The translations under genes and the position numbers were made by a program. The notes beneath the pieces are model-generated. The model saw only the letters and a program-made list of their open reading frames with translations. It was not told the origin of the DNA and did not search any database. Positions 32,766 through 44,274 of a DNA stretch of 64,000 nt are shown here, piece after piece. Positions within the stretch are counted from its first letter, which is position 1, and the number at the start of each line of letters is the position of its first letter. Source of the stretch: Picochlorum sp. SENEW3 (taxonomy: Eukaryota); NCBI GenBank assembly GCA_034226945.1, contig CP120458.1, positions 248,001 to 312,000 of the forward strand. Reading direction: 5' to 3'.

Positions 32766-32927
32766 CTATTTGGTCAACGTGATTGCTAAAATAATGGCAA
32801 CTGCTATGGCTGCAATCAAGATCATGATCAGTATACAACAAATCATTTTTCTGGATCGCTTTTGTGATTGTTTTGCAGCAGCCAAATGTGTCACGCCAGT
32901 CTCCACTTGAGCTAGGGAACTATTCAC
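32766..32927 (-). CDS. Alternative terminal exon B of the same syntaxin (second half of the SNARE motif plus TM anchor)
   Basis: Acceptor ttcctgcag, then VNSSLAQVETGVTHLAAAKQSQKRSRKMICCILIMILIAAIAVAIILAITLTK-stop. Same phase as exon A and paralogous to it. Confidence 0.8.
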   Translation of the reverse strand: MNSSLAQVETGVTHLAAAKQSQKRSRKMICCILIMILIAAIAVAIILAITLTK

Positions 32928-33073
32928 CTGCAGGAATGTATGTCACATATACCGTGGTGAACTCCCCTCCATGACAGTGATGCACTGGGAAGAAGATGTC
33001 GTGGGCTTGAGAAATACCATTTCGTGTATATAGAAAGAAATAATTCTGCAGACTTGATGAAATGGGCTTGCAA

Positions 33074-34231
33074 TCAGAAACCTGTGGTTGCACCAACAGA
33101 TGCTAAAACAACAGCAACAATGATGATGAGACCCAAAATGATGGCACAACACAGCCATTTGCGAGTTTTTCTTTGACTTTGTTTTGCTGCTTCCAAATGG
33201 GTCACCCCTCCCTTGACATGCTCTACACTCTTGGCAACCTGAACAGGAGATCAAACAAGCGAAATTGCATAGATTATACATACATGATAGTGGGCTTGCA
33301 ATTTCACACACACATACACATGAGACATAATATACCGTACCTGTGCTTCAATGTTATCAATCATTTGTCCTTGAGCTTCTACAAGAACAGCCATATCCAA
33401 GAAAATCTGATGCAATTCCATCAAACTCTTCTCCAAATCCAACACAGCATCACGGCGCTCCCTAATCTCTGCCAGAGTGTCCAACACATACCCTCTCCCT
33501 TGTTCCATGATTGCATTTTGGAAAATCATCTCCCCTTCTCCCTCGTCTATCATTCTTTCAATCTGCTCTTCAGACGCATGTTCTCCCGTCACCGTATACA
33601 CACGCCTCTCAACTGTTTCTTTGTAATCATTTTGCAATTTGACACGAAGATCCTGGAACTCTCCCATCAACTCTTTCAACTTCTTTTTCAAAGCTCCAGT
33701 AATCGCAGTCCTTGTCCGCTCTGAAGCAGATCCTCGACCACACCCCTTCTTTTTCAACGCAACCGCATTCTGAGCATCCAGATCTTTCAAATACGTCTTG
33801 ATCTGCTCCGCCTCCTTTGATATTGTATTTGCATCTTGCTGCATTTGCTCACGCAGCGCATGCACTTCAGCAGTCCTCACAGCAACCTTTGTCTTTTCGT
33901 TGCTATTCTCCAACCGTTTCTGATATTCTTTAATATCCCCCATCAATGCCTTGATCAGAGCAACCTGTGCATAGAACTGATCCATATCAGGATCCTTTCC
34001 ATCAGTCACTGCTGGAGCTTCTATATCAAAAGAGGGCTGCCGTTTCTTACTCTTTCCACCAGAACTTTTTGATCTCTTCCTGGACAGAGAAGACAACAAC
34101 CCACGCCCACCAGAACCAGACTCCTCAGATGCCTGTTGCTGCTGTGCACTAGTAGTTGCAGAAGTACCAGCATGTTGCTCTTGCTCAGTCACAGGGGCAT
34201 CCCCTCCACCCTGAGGATAATTCACATCCAT
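33074..34231 (-). CDS. Plasma-membrane Qa-SNARE syntaxin (SYP1/SYP13-like), isoform A: exon 34231-33341 plus terminal exon 33238-33074
   Basis: Habc motifs (ERTRTAIT, ETVERRVYTVTGE) and the SNARE motif LEKSLMELHQIFLDMAVLVEAQGQMIDNIEAQ. A 102-nt phase-0 intron leads to VAKSVEHVKGG...RKWLCCAIILGLIIIVAVVLASVGATTGF-stop. Confidence 0.9.
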
Positions 34232-34685
34232 GTTAGTCAATCAATACCAATATCATATCCCTCAAGGGCCATCAACGCACCTTTACAAGTCCAAGCAGAT
34301 CGTTCATAATTGGTGGCACTGCGTCTGTCTATAGCAATTACCAGCACAACTACTTGGCATATAGGTTTATAAAAGAATAGATCAATACACCTGAAGAGGA
34401 CCCCAATACTCCTTGAAGATACCGATGGTCGGATGTTGTGAAAATTCCTAGATTAGATGGATTAAAAATCTCTCCGGCGAGTCTTCTAATGCGCCCAGAC
34501 AATCTCCAGCAATCGATTAAAGATATTCCAATTACACACTATTACCACAGAATTCGTGACTACAGAGACTATATATCAATCCATAGACAGAAAGAGAGCG
34601 TTTGTGATCTCCTCGACCGTCGAGTGATAGAACCAACCCAGGTGGCTGTCAAGATTGTCACAAATACATTCTAAAGTAGCAAAGA

Positions 34686-35600
34686 ATGCTGTCAGAAAGC
34701 ACTGGTGGCTCAGGTTCTACCTATGCGAACAAGGGTAAGGCTCTTGTAGGACAAGGTGACAGGAAACTGTTGAGTTTGGGTTGGTTTAGCAATAAATATG
34801 AGGATGCGGCAGAGTTGTTTGAACGTGGGGCGAATCAATTCAAGCTGGGTAAGATGTGGAAAGAGGCTGGTGAGACGTACATGAAATTGGCTGATGTGAG
34901 CATGAAATTGGAGAGCAAGCATGATGCAGCATCGGCACTTGTAGAAGCTGCCAAGGCATTTCAAAAGTGCGAGGGGGAGAAGGAGAAGAGGAAGACAATT
35001 ACCTGTTTGGAACGTGCAGTATCTTTATATACTGATATGGGGAGATTAGGAATGGCTGCGCGGCAATTGAGAGAGATTGCAGAGACTCTGGAAAAGGAAG
35101 AGAGTCATCAGGAATCAATGATGTTCTATGAGCAGGCAGCAGATTTGTTTTTTACGGATCATTCTACAGCTGAATCGAATAAATGTTTATTAAAAGTGGC
35201 TCAATTCTCTGCCGAGGTGGGAAACTATCCCAGGGCTGTGGATATCTATGAGAATGTTGCCAAGGCTTCTGTGGATAACAACTTGCTGCGCTTCAGTGCC
35301 AAGGGATACTTGCTGTTGGCGTGCTTGTGCCAAATGTGTTACATGGATCCTTCTGCTGTAGGGGACAAGGTAGATCAGTACAAGGACATAGATTTCAATT
35401 TTGATGGGAGTAGAGAAGCCAAGCTTGTTGAGGAATGCGTTGCTGCTTTGACTGAGGGTGATTCAGATGCATTTTCTGCAGCAGTGGCAGAGTTTGATTC
35501 TTTGACACGCCTCGACGCTTTCAAGACGGAATTATTGCTGAGGACAAAGAGAAAGATGACGGAAGCACCAGCATCAGATGATGAGGAAGATTTGACCTGA
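34686..35600 (+). CDS. Alpha-soluble NSF attachment protein (alpha-SNAP/Sec17)
   Basis: KYEDAAELFERGANQFKL, DMGRLGMAAR, NNLLRFSAKGYLL, EFDSLTRLD and C-terminal DEEDLT. Confidence 0.95.
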   Translation: MLSESTGGSGSTYANKGKALVGQGDRKLLSLGWFSNKYEDAAELFERGANQFKLGKMWKEAGETYMKLADVSMKLESKHDAASALVEAAKAFQKCEGEKEKRKTITCLERAVSLYTDMGRLGMAARQLREIAETLEKEESHQESMMFYEQAADLFFTDHSTAESNKCLLKVAQFSAEVGNYPRAVDIYENVAKASVDNNLLRFSAKGYLLLACLCQMCYMDPSAVGDKVDQYKDIDFNFDGSREAKLVEECVAALTEGDSDAFSAAVAEFDSLTRLDAFKTELLLRTKRKMTEAPASDDEEDLT

Positions 35601-35730
35601 TGTGGCCATCATTCATGCATGTATTACATGTTAAACATGTAAGTACACATTTCTGCTCATGTATAGAGCAGCGACTATAATAATAATAATACATCATCAT
35701 CATATGAATGCATATGAATCACAGTATATA

Positions 35731-36675
35731 TTACAGTTTGCTTTGAGCCACGCCTGTCTTTCTGGAGGTGGATTCAACAGCTCTTGATGTTGCCAGCACT
35801 TTTTCTCTTGGGATCAATGGTTCTCTATACATCCATTCGCCACCATCAACCACCATTGTATGTCCATTCATAAATGATGCGCCTTCAGAGCATAGATAGA
35901 TGACTGCCATGGCAATGTCCCATGCACGCCCAGGATGCCCAACAGGTATCCTGTCCTTCCATAATGCATTCAAGGCCTTTTCCTCCCCAGGGGCGAGTTT
36001 CTTCAATCCCGCTGTTCCTTCAATAGGACCAGGAGCTACTCCATTCACCCGAATACCATATCCACCCCATTCTAAAGCCAGAGTTCTAGTTAATGAGTCT
36101 ACTGCTGCTTTTGCTGCAGATGCGTGAGCCTGATACCATGTAGCACCATAATGCAAGGTTGCAGAAATATTCACAATTGAACCCGACCCTGATGCTTTAA
36201 GACAATTCAATGCTGCCCTGGAAGCATTAAATGTACCTAGGGCATCAATATCCATAACAGTACGAAACCCATTCGAACTCAATTGCTCCGCAGCTGCAAG
36301 AAAGTTGCCTGCAGCACAATTCACAAGAACATCGATTCGATGGCATTTGGTCTGTGTCTCTTCCACCATTTTCTGACAGTCTGAATACTTTCGAACGTCC
36401 CCCTACAGCCACACAGCCACGGTGAAGGATGAATACCCAGCAAGTTGAAGCAAGTTCAGAATACCCACCTGAACAAACATGGCGTCGATGCCTAGGCCCC
36501 TCAGAGTGTCACACGCAGATTCTAATACATCAGATCGCCTACCACTTATCGTTATAGTAGCTCCATGAAGCCCCAGCTGTTTGGCGATCTCGAACCCTAT
36601 TCCGGAACCACCGCCTGTGACAATTGCAACTTTCCCCGAGAGAATATCCTGCCTGTATGGCGATTGATCCGACAT
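35731..36675 (-). CDS. DECR2: Peroxisomal 2,4-dienoyl-CoA reductase (SDR); exons 36675-36469, 36402-35731
   Basis: TGGGSGIG, NCAAGNF, NISATLHY, HASAAKAAVD and GVAPGPI; C-terminal PTS1 SKL. Confidence 0.92.
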
Positions 36676-36923
36676 TGCAATGATATTAAAACTATGATAA
36701 AATTCTATGTGGTACATCATAGGCATCGGGGCGAATCTGATGAAAAGCAATGTCGGTTGCCTTTCTTCTCAACATCAGAATGAGTTCACTTGATGAGGGA
36801 AAAATGGCTGACTCAGCGATTGATGATGGTTCCATACCAAGGCAACCATCACCAAAGCATTGCAGTCCATGTATCATTGATGAGGGTGGAATCCATGTTA
36901 CATACGAGGTGAATGATGTATTC

Positions 36924-38685
36924 TCAGTTGCTGTTCACCATGCATATTCTTGACGCATTGCAAGACTGTAACGTTTGGTCCCACACATGTTCCCAGCGTT
37001 TCATCCAGGTATCTTTATTAAATAAGCCGTACTTTTGAAGAAGTGTTGCTACTTTTTCCGAGTCCGGCCGAGCCATTTCTACCAGGGTTCTGTATTGTCT
37101 TCGTTTCATGGGAGACCCCCCCGAATTTTTTCTAGTGTTGACATTGTACAACTGTACATTTTCAGGGAGGGTCGGGTCCATTCCTAAAAACTCCTTCAAC
37201 CGTCTCATGACAGCATCTGTTTTTTCTACGAATTCCTCGAATTGTATGACGTGAATTTGGCGGGCTGGCCATACTTTCAGCCAGCCTTCCAGAGGAATTG
37301 CATAGTGCCCTGTGTAGGCTGACGGCGTCAAGTGAGGGTAGAGGCAGTCGAATAACTCTTCATTCTCGTCACAAGCTATTCTGTTATCTTTGTGAGTTGA
37401 GACTCTGACACCTTTCTGGGTCCACATCCGTGTGTATGATATCACCCGTGATATGGGTTCTCTCATCATCACCACAATTTTCAGCCATGGAAACACCTTT
37501 CTGATTTCCCTCGCAAGCTCTTCTCCTTTCCATGCATAGTCGACTGAGGCATCGACGGTGGCAGAGAGCAGGCCATCTTCTGCAGCATCTTTAATCCGGA
37601 GAAAATTTTGAATGTAATCTTGCGTGCTATTTGCCTTGCAATTACTGTCGTTCCAGGACTTTTGACACGCAGTGAAATAGTGTGCCTCCTTCAGGATGCT
37701 GGGAAGGTACTCTGGATGCCCTCTGAGATAATGGTTGACACTCGTCGTTGCGCACTTTTGAAAGCCTATCAGGAAGAAATGTGGGGCGTTGAATTTTGTT
37801 TTTCCTTTCAGTTTCTTGTGGGATGCCTGAATACAGGAAATGGTGGAGCATGTCTTCAAATGTTCCAGAGCCTCTCTGGTTTCCTGATCAAACATGGACT
37901 CCTCGTCATCAGAGTCTTCCTCATACTCGTCCTTTGAATCCAAGCGAAGATCAGAAACATCTGTAAAGTCTTCATAGACGTATTCTTGGCTATCATCCTC
38001 CGAATTGTAACTCACCTCTTCTTCATAGTCTTCATTGTTGTTCCTGAGCTGTCCAGGAGGAAACTTGGTTTTGTGCGTTGGATCACCTGTCTGCTCATGT
38101 TTATTGTCATTATTCAAATTCATAGGAGGATTAGTGCCTTCATTAGTATGGCTAGATAATTCAGAAGACGCAGGATTGCTTTTACTGACCGATTCGGAAC
38201 CGTTGGATCCATCTGGTGTGATGTCTTTGGACCCAGTATCTCGTGGGTGAGTGGCAGATATTGTACCAGCCCACTCTTCACCATTTACATAGGTCCGGTG
38301 GTCAATTTCCTTGGACTTTTGAGATATTATATCGGTTCCTACGGACTGAAAGTCTCTATGTGACGCCCCACTCTCCCAGTTCTCAACAACATTTGCTAGG
38401 TACACACTCTCTCTCCTGCAAGTACAGAATGATATTGTAACGAGAGCCATTGATGCGTCCACTATTGTCAAAAGAGTCGTACTTTAATGCTCCTAGTAGA
38501 GCGACCACTGTAAGCAGAGACAAAAGGAAGAAAACTAACACTTTAATTCTCCTGCACTCAGGATTCCACAGAGGAGGTTAGTTGAAAACTCGCTTGAGCT
38601 TATAACTGCCAAAATCCACACTGTAACCCGATAAATATGCATATTACTCTCAAACATACCTATATTTTATCGTATGGGGCTTCAT
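36924..38685 (-). CDS. Golgi type II PAPS-dependent sulfotransferase (heparan-sulfate 3-O/N-sulfotransferase-like fold); exons 38685-38660, 38551-38483, 38415-36924
   Basis: Spliced N-terminus MKPHTIKYRRIKVLVFFLLSLLTVVALLGAL. 5'-PSB motif FFLIGFQKCATTS, KEAHYF and 3'-PB motif MREPISRVIS. Confidence 0.85.
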
Positions 38686-39081
38686 TATCCTAGTCTATGA
38701 TGTTTTCACGCTTTGTCAAGAGGCAGAACCTCGTAGATCAGAGAAGAAGCGTGCGCAGTCCAATGATTGGGGATCAAATAGGAACACTGACATTATATAC
38801 AATGATTAAATGATAAATTATCTATCTTTATGGCGATTATACAAGCACAACGCACAAAAAGGGCGGTGTGAGGAAATCTGTAACAAGAGCGCGTGCAGGG
38901 TCGGATAAACTGCCAATCGGGAGCTTCTGTGTACCTGGGTATCTGGGACATCTGGAGCAGTTGATACGATGCGTTCACTGCACTTAAGGTCCGCGATCCA
39001 TACGCAGTAAGTGTTTTTGAGATCTCATTCAATACAATGAGATCAAGGCATCGACAATCGATATGTCATGATTACAAGGCA

Positions 39082-40702
39082 TCAAGAATAATGCAGTACA
39101 GGTGGCGGCTGTACCTCAGCTTCTACTTTGCAGATATCAACGTCATTACAGTTCGCAAGAACCTTTTCCCAGCCAGCTTCCCATCGAGATAGCCAGGACT
39201 TCTTACCAATGAGACCGTGATGGTGCAGAAGAGATAGAGTCCTCTCAACATCTGATTCAATCAGCCTCAGGAGTTTCATATACTGACCCCTGCGGAAGTC
39301 TGTTTCTATCACATCCATCCCCTTCAAGGAAAACTTTCCGACTAACTCTGCTACATTTGCACCAATAAAGTATTTGAGATCAAACATGACTTTATCCGGC
39401 GCTTCCAAGAGTTCCTCATACTGAACGACATGGATCTGCTCCTTGGGGAAAGTTATCAACCAATCCTCAAGAGGCTGTGAATAGTTGCTATCGATGAGTC
39501 CTGGAGCTGCAATACATTATATACTCGTCATATCCAAGATTATATATGACCGTTTATTCCATGCATACGTACCCATGTACTCCTGAATGCAGCCCAGTAT
39601 TTTCCGCTTGGGGTCACAATCATATACAACAGTGCCATCTGCAAATCATGAAAGAAAATCAAACCAGAAATCTCCTCGAGACTAAAGGTAATCTACAATA
39701 ACATACTTTCTAATCTTCTGGTTATCTTTGATAAAATTCGTGTGATGGGATCTCGAATGACGATGACTACTTTCAACCATGGAAAATAACGGTACAATCT
39801 CCGTGCCAGTGGACCACCAGCCAATACATAGTCGGTCGAAGCATCTACGGTGATCATTTCTAGTGACTTGTCAGCTGCTGCACTCGCCTTTAGAACTTTC
39901 TGGACATATTCTCTTTCAGAGCCAACCTTGCATCCCTCAGCTTCAACATCAGGTCCTTTTTCTGTTTGACAAGCATTAAACCATGATGATCCATGGGCAG
40001 TAATGGAACCATCAAACTCTGAATGCTGATTTAAATGTTTGATGATCTGCTGCACCCCTGCATACGGATACCCAAGAAGGAAAAAGTGTGGGAAATTAAA
40101 TGTTGTTCTTCCATCCAATTTCCCATGCACCCTAATAATGCAACTCAAACGATCGCATCCCTTCAACTCTTCCAACACACTTTCGAGTGGATCCTCTTGA
40201 AACTCATTGAAAGGCCGAATAGGAGGCTGCGACCTAAATGCTCGTGGAAAAGGAGGAGGTGGTGTACTAGACTCTTGTTCCTCTTCCTCATCTTCCACAG
40301 CCTCGGGTTCAATCGGCGATCTAATCGCGGTAAGATGAATCTCTTCTACAGATGTGTTTGCTATTGACCCTTCATCAATTGCTCCTTGTCGTTGATTTGT
40401 GAGACTGCTACCTGTGCTTGTCTCAACTGCGTCACTTTCTGGTGCACTGGAGGTCCCAAATTGAGTCCTGAGATCAAAAAGGTTTCATATATCGATTTCA
40501 TAAATTTCTGATTCACAATATCAATGGATGCACGTACCTAAAGAGTTGTCCAACCAAAAGCAACAAGGGAACAAGCAACAGAAGGTAACGGCTGGTGTAT
40601 CCGCTGCACGGCAATGACAATACAGGAACTTAGATGACAAAGAAATATTCTTTCTTGAGAAATAGTGGTATTCCTATACCTTGTATGTTTGGACAACCTC
40701 AT
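39082..40702 (-). CDS. Tandem paralogous sulfotransferase-like protein with a degenerate 5'-PSB loop (multi-exon)
   Basis: Spliced N-terminus MRLSKHTSGYTSRYLLLLVPLLLLVG. Aligns with its neighbour (FNFPHFFLLG, TVDASTDY, FPWLKVVIVIRDPITRILS, QIHVVQYEE). Several GT-AG introns. Confidence 0.8.
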
Positions 40703-40835
40703 GGTCGTTCGAGTTCGTGCTCACCACGATCGGACGCTTCAACAACTACCTCTTCTCATATGAGAAAATTATTCAGTTTCATCGACTTATTCTCTTTTAT
40801 ATATATATATATCTGTAAAATAATTATTGGACAAC

Positions 40836-42752
40836 TCAGCCATTTTCTTGGCCTGATGTGGGCGATGCGTACGCCTTTGCCTTGTGCTTTGGGGTGAATG
40901 TGAAATTCTTGGGTGTTTTTCCGAGGAACATTTCAGAGATCATGATCCAATCTCGTGGATCTGGACTTCCTAACAATGTTTCCAGATCAGAGCGACCGAC
41001 GAAAGAAGCTGGTCTCCAGTTTGACTTTTGTGGCAACACTTCTAGCAGTTCTGATGGGACGTATCGGTGGGCAAAGGAGAGCCATTCCAGCAGGAAACGT
41101 CTACAGTTTTCCACCCCTCGCGAATCGCTCCCCCAGTGCTCCAACCCATTCTTCACGAATCGCTTAACTATATCCAGTCGTTCTGATGCGCTAATGTCCC
41201 AATCCCTCTTCTCCTTGATTTCAGTGAATATCCAGGGTTTGACTAGTGCCCCTCGAGCCACATATGTTGTGACAACATTACTAGCTACATCCTCAGACTG
41301 CAATGCATGTACATGATCCTGCCAAGAGAAAACATCCCCATTTCCTACTACTTGAATATAAGGGCTTGTCTGTGCCGCTTCGCTTGCACAGTATTTGATG
41401 TAATTCCAGTCAGCAGGCTTGCTGTACCGCTGCTCCCTAGTTCTGCCATGCAATGTGACTGCTGAGGCACCCCACTCACTCAATTTCGGTATCAATGTAT
41501 GGGCAACGTCTTGACCTTCGTGGTAACCACGCCTCATTTTCACAGTCACAGGCTTGCTCAATACAGAAGATACTCCCCTGACAATTTGCTCCAAGTACTG
41601 AGGTCGCTTCAGACAAGCTGAGCCAGCCCCCTTGTTTACTACCAAGTCAATAGGACAGCCACAATTGATGTCTACAAAGTCAACATCACAGTTGTCTTCA
41701 ATCATCTGAGCGCATCGCGTCATGGAGTCCGGGAATGCCCCGCAGATCTGAACACCAAAACAATCCTCATCTGGATGTCGTCGCAGCAGTGCCCACTCAG
41801 ATGTTTGACCCTGCAAAAGATTCGTTGCCATCGCCATTTCCCCGCACGTTATATCTGCTCCTAAAGACTTACAAAGCCTTCTAAACGGAAGATTACCCAC
41901 GGTGGTCAAAGGAGCCAAGAAAGTTTTTCCTCTGGCATCAAAGATTTTCCTCGTACCATCCCTGGATTTCTTGTGTCCTACATCATGACACCCTTCCAGG
42001 GCGCTCTTTTGCATTTTATGGGGACTATTTGCTGGACCATTATCCGTGTCGTTTCTCTTTTTAGACTGGTTTGATTTCTTCACCATGGAATTCTTGATAC
42101 CCAGAGACTCCAGGATTCTATCAGATGAAGTAAAGTCATAACAGCGTTTCCTCAGTGTTGTTTGCAATTCTTTATCCAAATGATTCAGAGACGATAATGT
42201 AACTAGACTAGATCCCCCCACGTCAATGGTATGGTCTGGAATACTGCCGTCATTCATCCACCATTCTGTTCCAGAAACACCATCCAAAGAAAAAAGCTTA
42301 TCAGGTTGAGCCTCTTTGACATCATCCGCAACGCCCTTGTGAGTAGACGCGAATCGACACGTCCAACCATGAGGACATATTCCTCCATTTGAACCAAAAG
42401 GACATTGCCCAGGTAAATCCTTCTCCTTCTCCCCAAGAAACGCCTTCAGATCGTGTCCATAACGACAGGACTCTGTTCTCATACAAGTCTCTCCCCGAGC
42501 CACTGACGGACACAAATGCTTCTTTGCTTGCTCCATTTTGTTCTTCTTGGCCTGTTTCTTACTTAGACGCTGGTTCTCGTCCATCGAGAAGTCCTCACCC
42601 CCTCTATTGCCCACATGCTTCCAGAATGGAACCGCACTGGTTGCCATTTTGAGATGACTCTGCTTCACAGGAGCATCTGAGCGCTCACTGCAACGTTTCA
42701 AGTATGCATCCCTACTTAATTCTTGGACACAAAGTTTCTCTGCGTCAGCCAT
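40836..42752 (-). CDS. DUS3: tRNA-dihydrouridine(47) synthase DUS3-like, with CCCH zinc fingers
   Basis: LAPLTTVGNLPFRRLC, DINCGCPIDLV, HGRTREQRY, GLEHWGSD and PKHKA. Confidence 0.95.
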   Translation of the reverse strand: MADAEKLCVQELSRDAYLKRCSERSDAPVKQSHLKMATSAVPFWKHVGNRGGEDFSMDENQRLSKKQAKKNKMEQAKKHLCPSVARGETCMRTESCRYGHDLKAFLGEKEKDLPGQCPFGSNGGICPHGWTCRFASTHKGVADDVKEAQPDKLFSLDGVSGTEWWMNDGSIPDHTIDVGGSSLVTLSSLNHLDKELQTTLRKRCYDFTSSDRILESLGIKNSMVKKSNQSKKRNDTDNGPANSPHKMQKSALEGCHDVGHKKSRDGTRKIFDARGKTFLAPLTTVGNLPFRRLCKSLGADITCGEMAMATNLLQGQTSEWALLRRHPDEDCFGVQICGAFPDSMTRCAQMIEDNCDVDFVDINCGCPIDLVVNKGAGSACLKRPQYLEQIVRGVSSVLSKPVTVKMRRGYHEGQDVAHTLIPKLSEWGASAVTLHGRTREQRYSKPADWNYIKYCASEAAQTSPYIQVVGNGDVFSWQDHVHALQSEDVASNVVTTYVARGALVKPWIFTEIKEKRDWDISASERLDIVKRFVKNGLEHWGSDSRGVENCRRFLLEWLSFAHRYVPSELLEVLPQKSNWRPASFVGRSDLETLLGSPDPRDWIMISEMFLGKTPKNFTFTPKHKAKAYASPTSGQENG

Positions 42753-43136
42753 ACCGCTCTTCTTCTAGAATGTACAGGTTTTCTTGACTCTAATTCGTCA
42801 ACTCATGCATGTAGCTAAGCGAATTCGGCATGCCATCTGATGATGTGACACGCTACAAACCTTTCAATTGACTCTTTATACACATTTCTTTCGCCAATCT
42901 CATGCCACAGGCGCGATTTGCAGCATTATTGTGACAGTCTTCTAAGAAGAAAGTCAGAATCATCGAATTACTTTGTCCCTGCAGAATCGATGTTGATATC
43001 CAACTTATCCTGGGCGATGCAAATCCAGTCCTACCCGAGACTTATCCTGTACAACAAAATCGTTTGTTTCGCTGCGAGCATAGAATTCCCACGTCCTTGA
43101 CTTATTATCTGAAATTGTGACATTTTAACAAGGAAA

Positions 43137-44274
43137 ATGCAGATTGTTGCCAAGCAAGGAGGACTCTTCGGTAAGAAGACTGCCAAGAAGGCTGCCACCA
43201 CCACCAGCAAGGTGACCGTCAAGAAGTCCAGGGGTTCTTCAGGTATGGCATCAAAATAGTTTTAGACCATTAATTGATTGGGATGGGGTAGAAAGCGGTG
43301 CAGATGAGTCCTGGCGTGCTAATGATGACCTGCGACACTGGCGCCGCTGGACTCTTCTGCGACAGGGTGTGTTTCTAGTATAGAAGCCATATATACACGA
43401 ATCTTCGTTTCATCGAGAGATTGACTAGGGCAAACAGGGTCAACTGAGATGATCGTGCAAGATTTGGTGTAGTTGGATGGGGTTGGATATCCTGGGGGCT
43501 TGCTATATCTATGTCCTATCCAAGCTCTTTGTTGACCGGAGATATAATAGACATGTGAATGATACCCAAGACTGTACTAAAGTTAACGTTTGAATTTGTG
43601 TCGCAGATCCTCTTTGGTTGCCAAACACTGAGAGACCATCATGGTTGGACGGATCTCTTCCAGGAGACAGAGGTTTTGATCCTCTTGGTCTCTCCAAGCC
43701 AGTGGAGTATCTCCAGGTTGATGTTGACGAGCTCGACCAGAACGCAGCTGTGAACAAGGCTGGACGTATCATTGGAACTTTCACCCCAGTCGTGGATGAG
43801 GTTAGCACAGACTCTCTTCAGCCATACAGTGAGGTGTTCGGACTCCAGCGATTCCGTGAGTGCGAGTTGATCCACGGACGTTGGGCTATGCTTGGAGCCT
43901 TGGGTGTGTTGGCCTGCGAATTCTCCACTGGTGTTGCCTGGCAAGATGCCATTGCACAGGAGTATGCACAGCCAGCATACGCCAACTTTGACCTTCCTTT
44001 TGATATCAACCAGCTTGCTGTGGCCAACTCAGTCCTCATGGGAGGGGTTGAATTCTTGAGAAACACCACCACAGACCCAGAGCAGCGTTGCTACCCAGGA
44101 GGAGCCTTTGATCCACTCAACCTTGCGGCAGGATCAAATGGAGACCGCCTTAAGGAGGCTGAGATCAAGCACGGAAGACTCGCTATGGTTGCTTGCTTTG
44201 GATTTGCTGTCCAGGCTCTTGCATTCGGAAAGGGAGCTCTCGACTCCATTGAATCTTTTGCCAATAGCTTTTAA
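43137..44274 (+). CDS. LHCB4: Photosystem II minor antenna CP29; exons 43137-43242, 43607-44274
   Basis: LWLPNTERPSWLDGSLPGDRGFDPLGLSKP, the CP29-specific insertion, PYSEVFGLQRFRECELIHGRWAML and EIKHGRLAM. A phase-1 intron joins the MQIVAKQGGLFGKK exon. Confidence 0.95.

Noticed and set aside
33251..33340. ORF-track syntaxin tail VRYIMSHVYVCVK... as a third isoform
   Set aside because: This is intron read-through after a strong donor and lacks the SNARE layers and polybasic linker.
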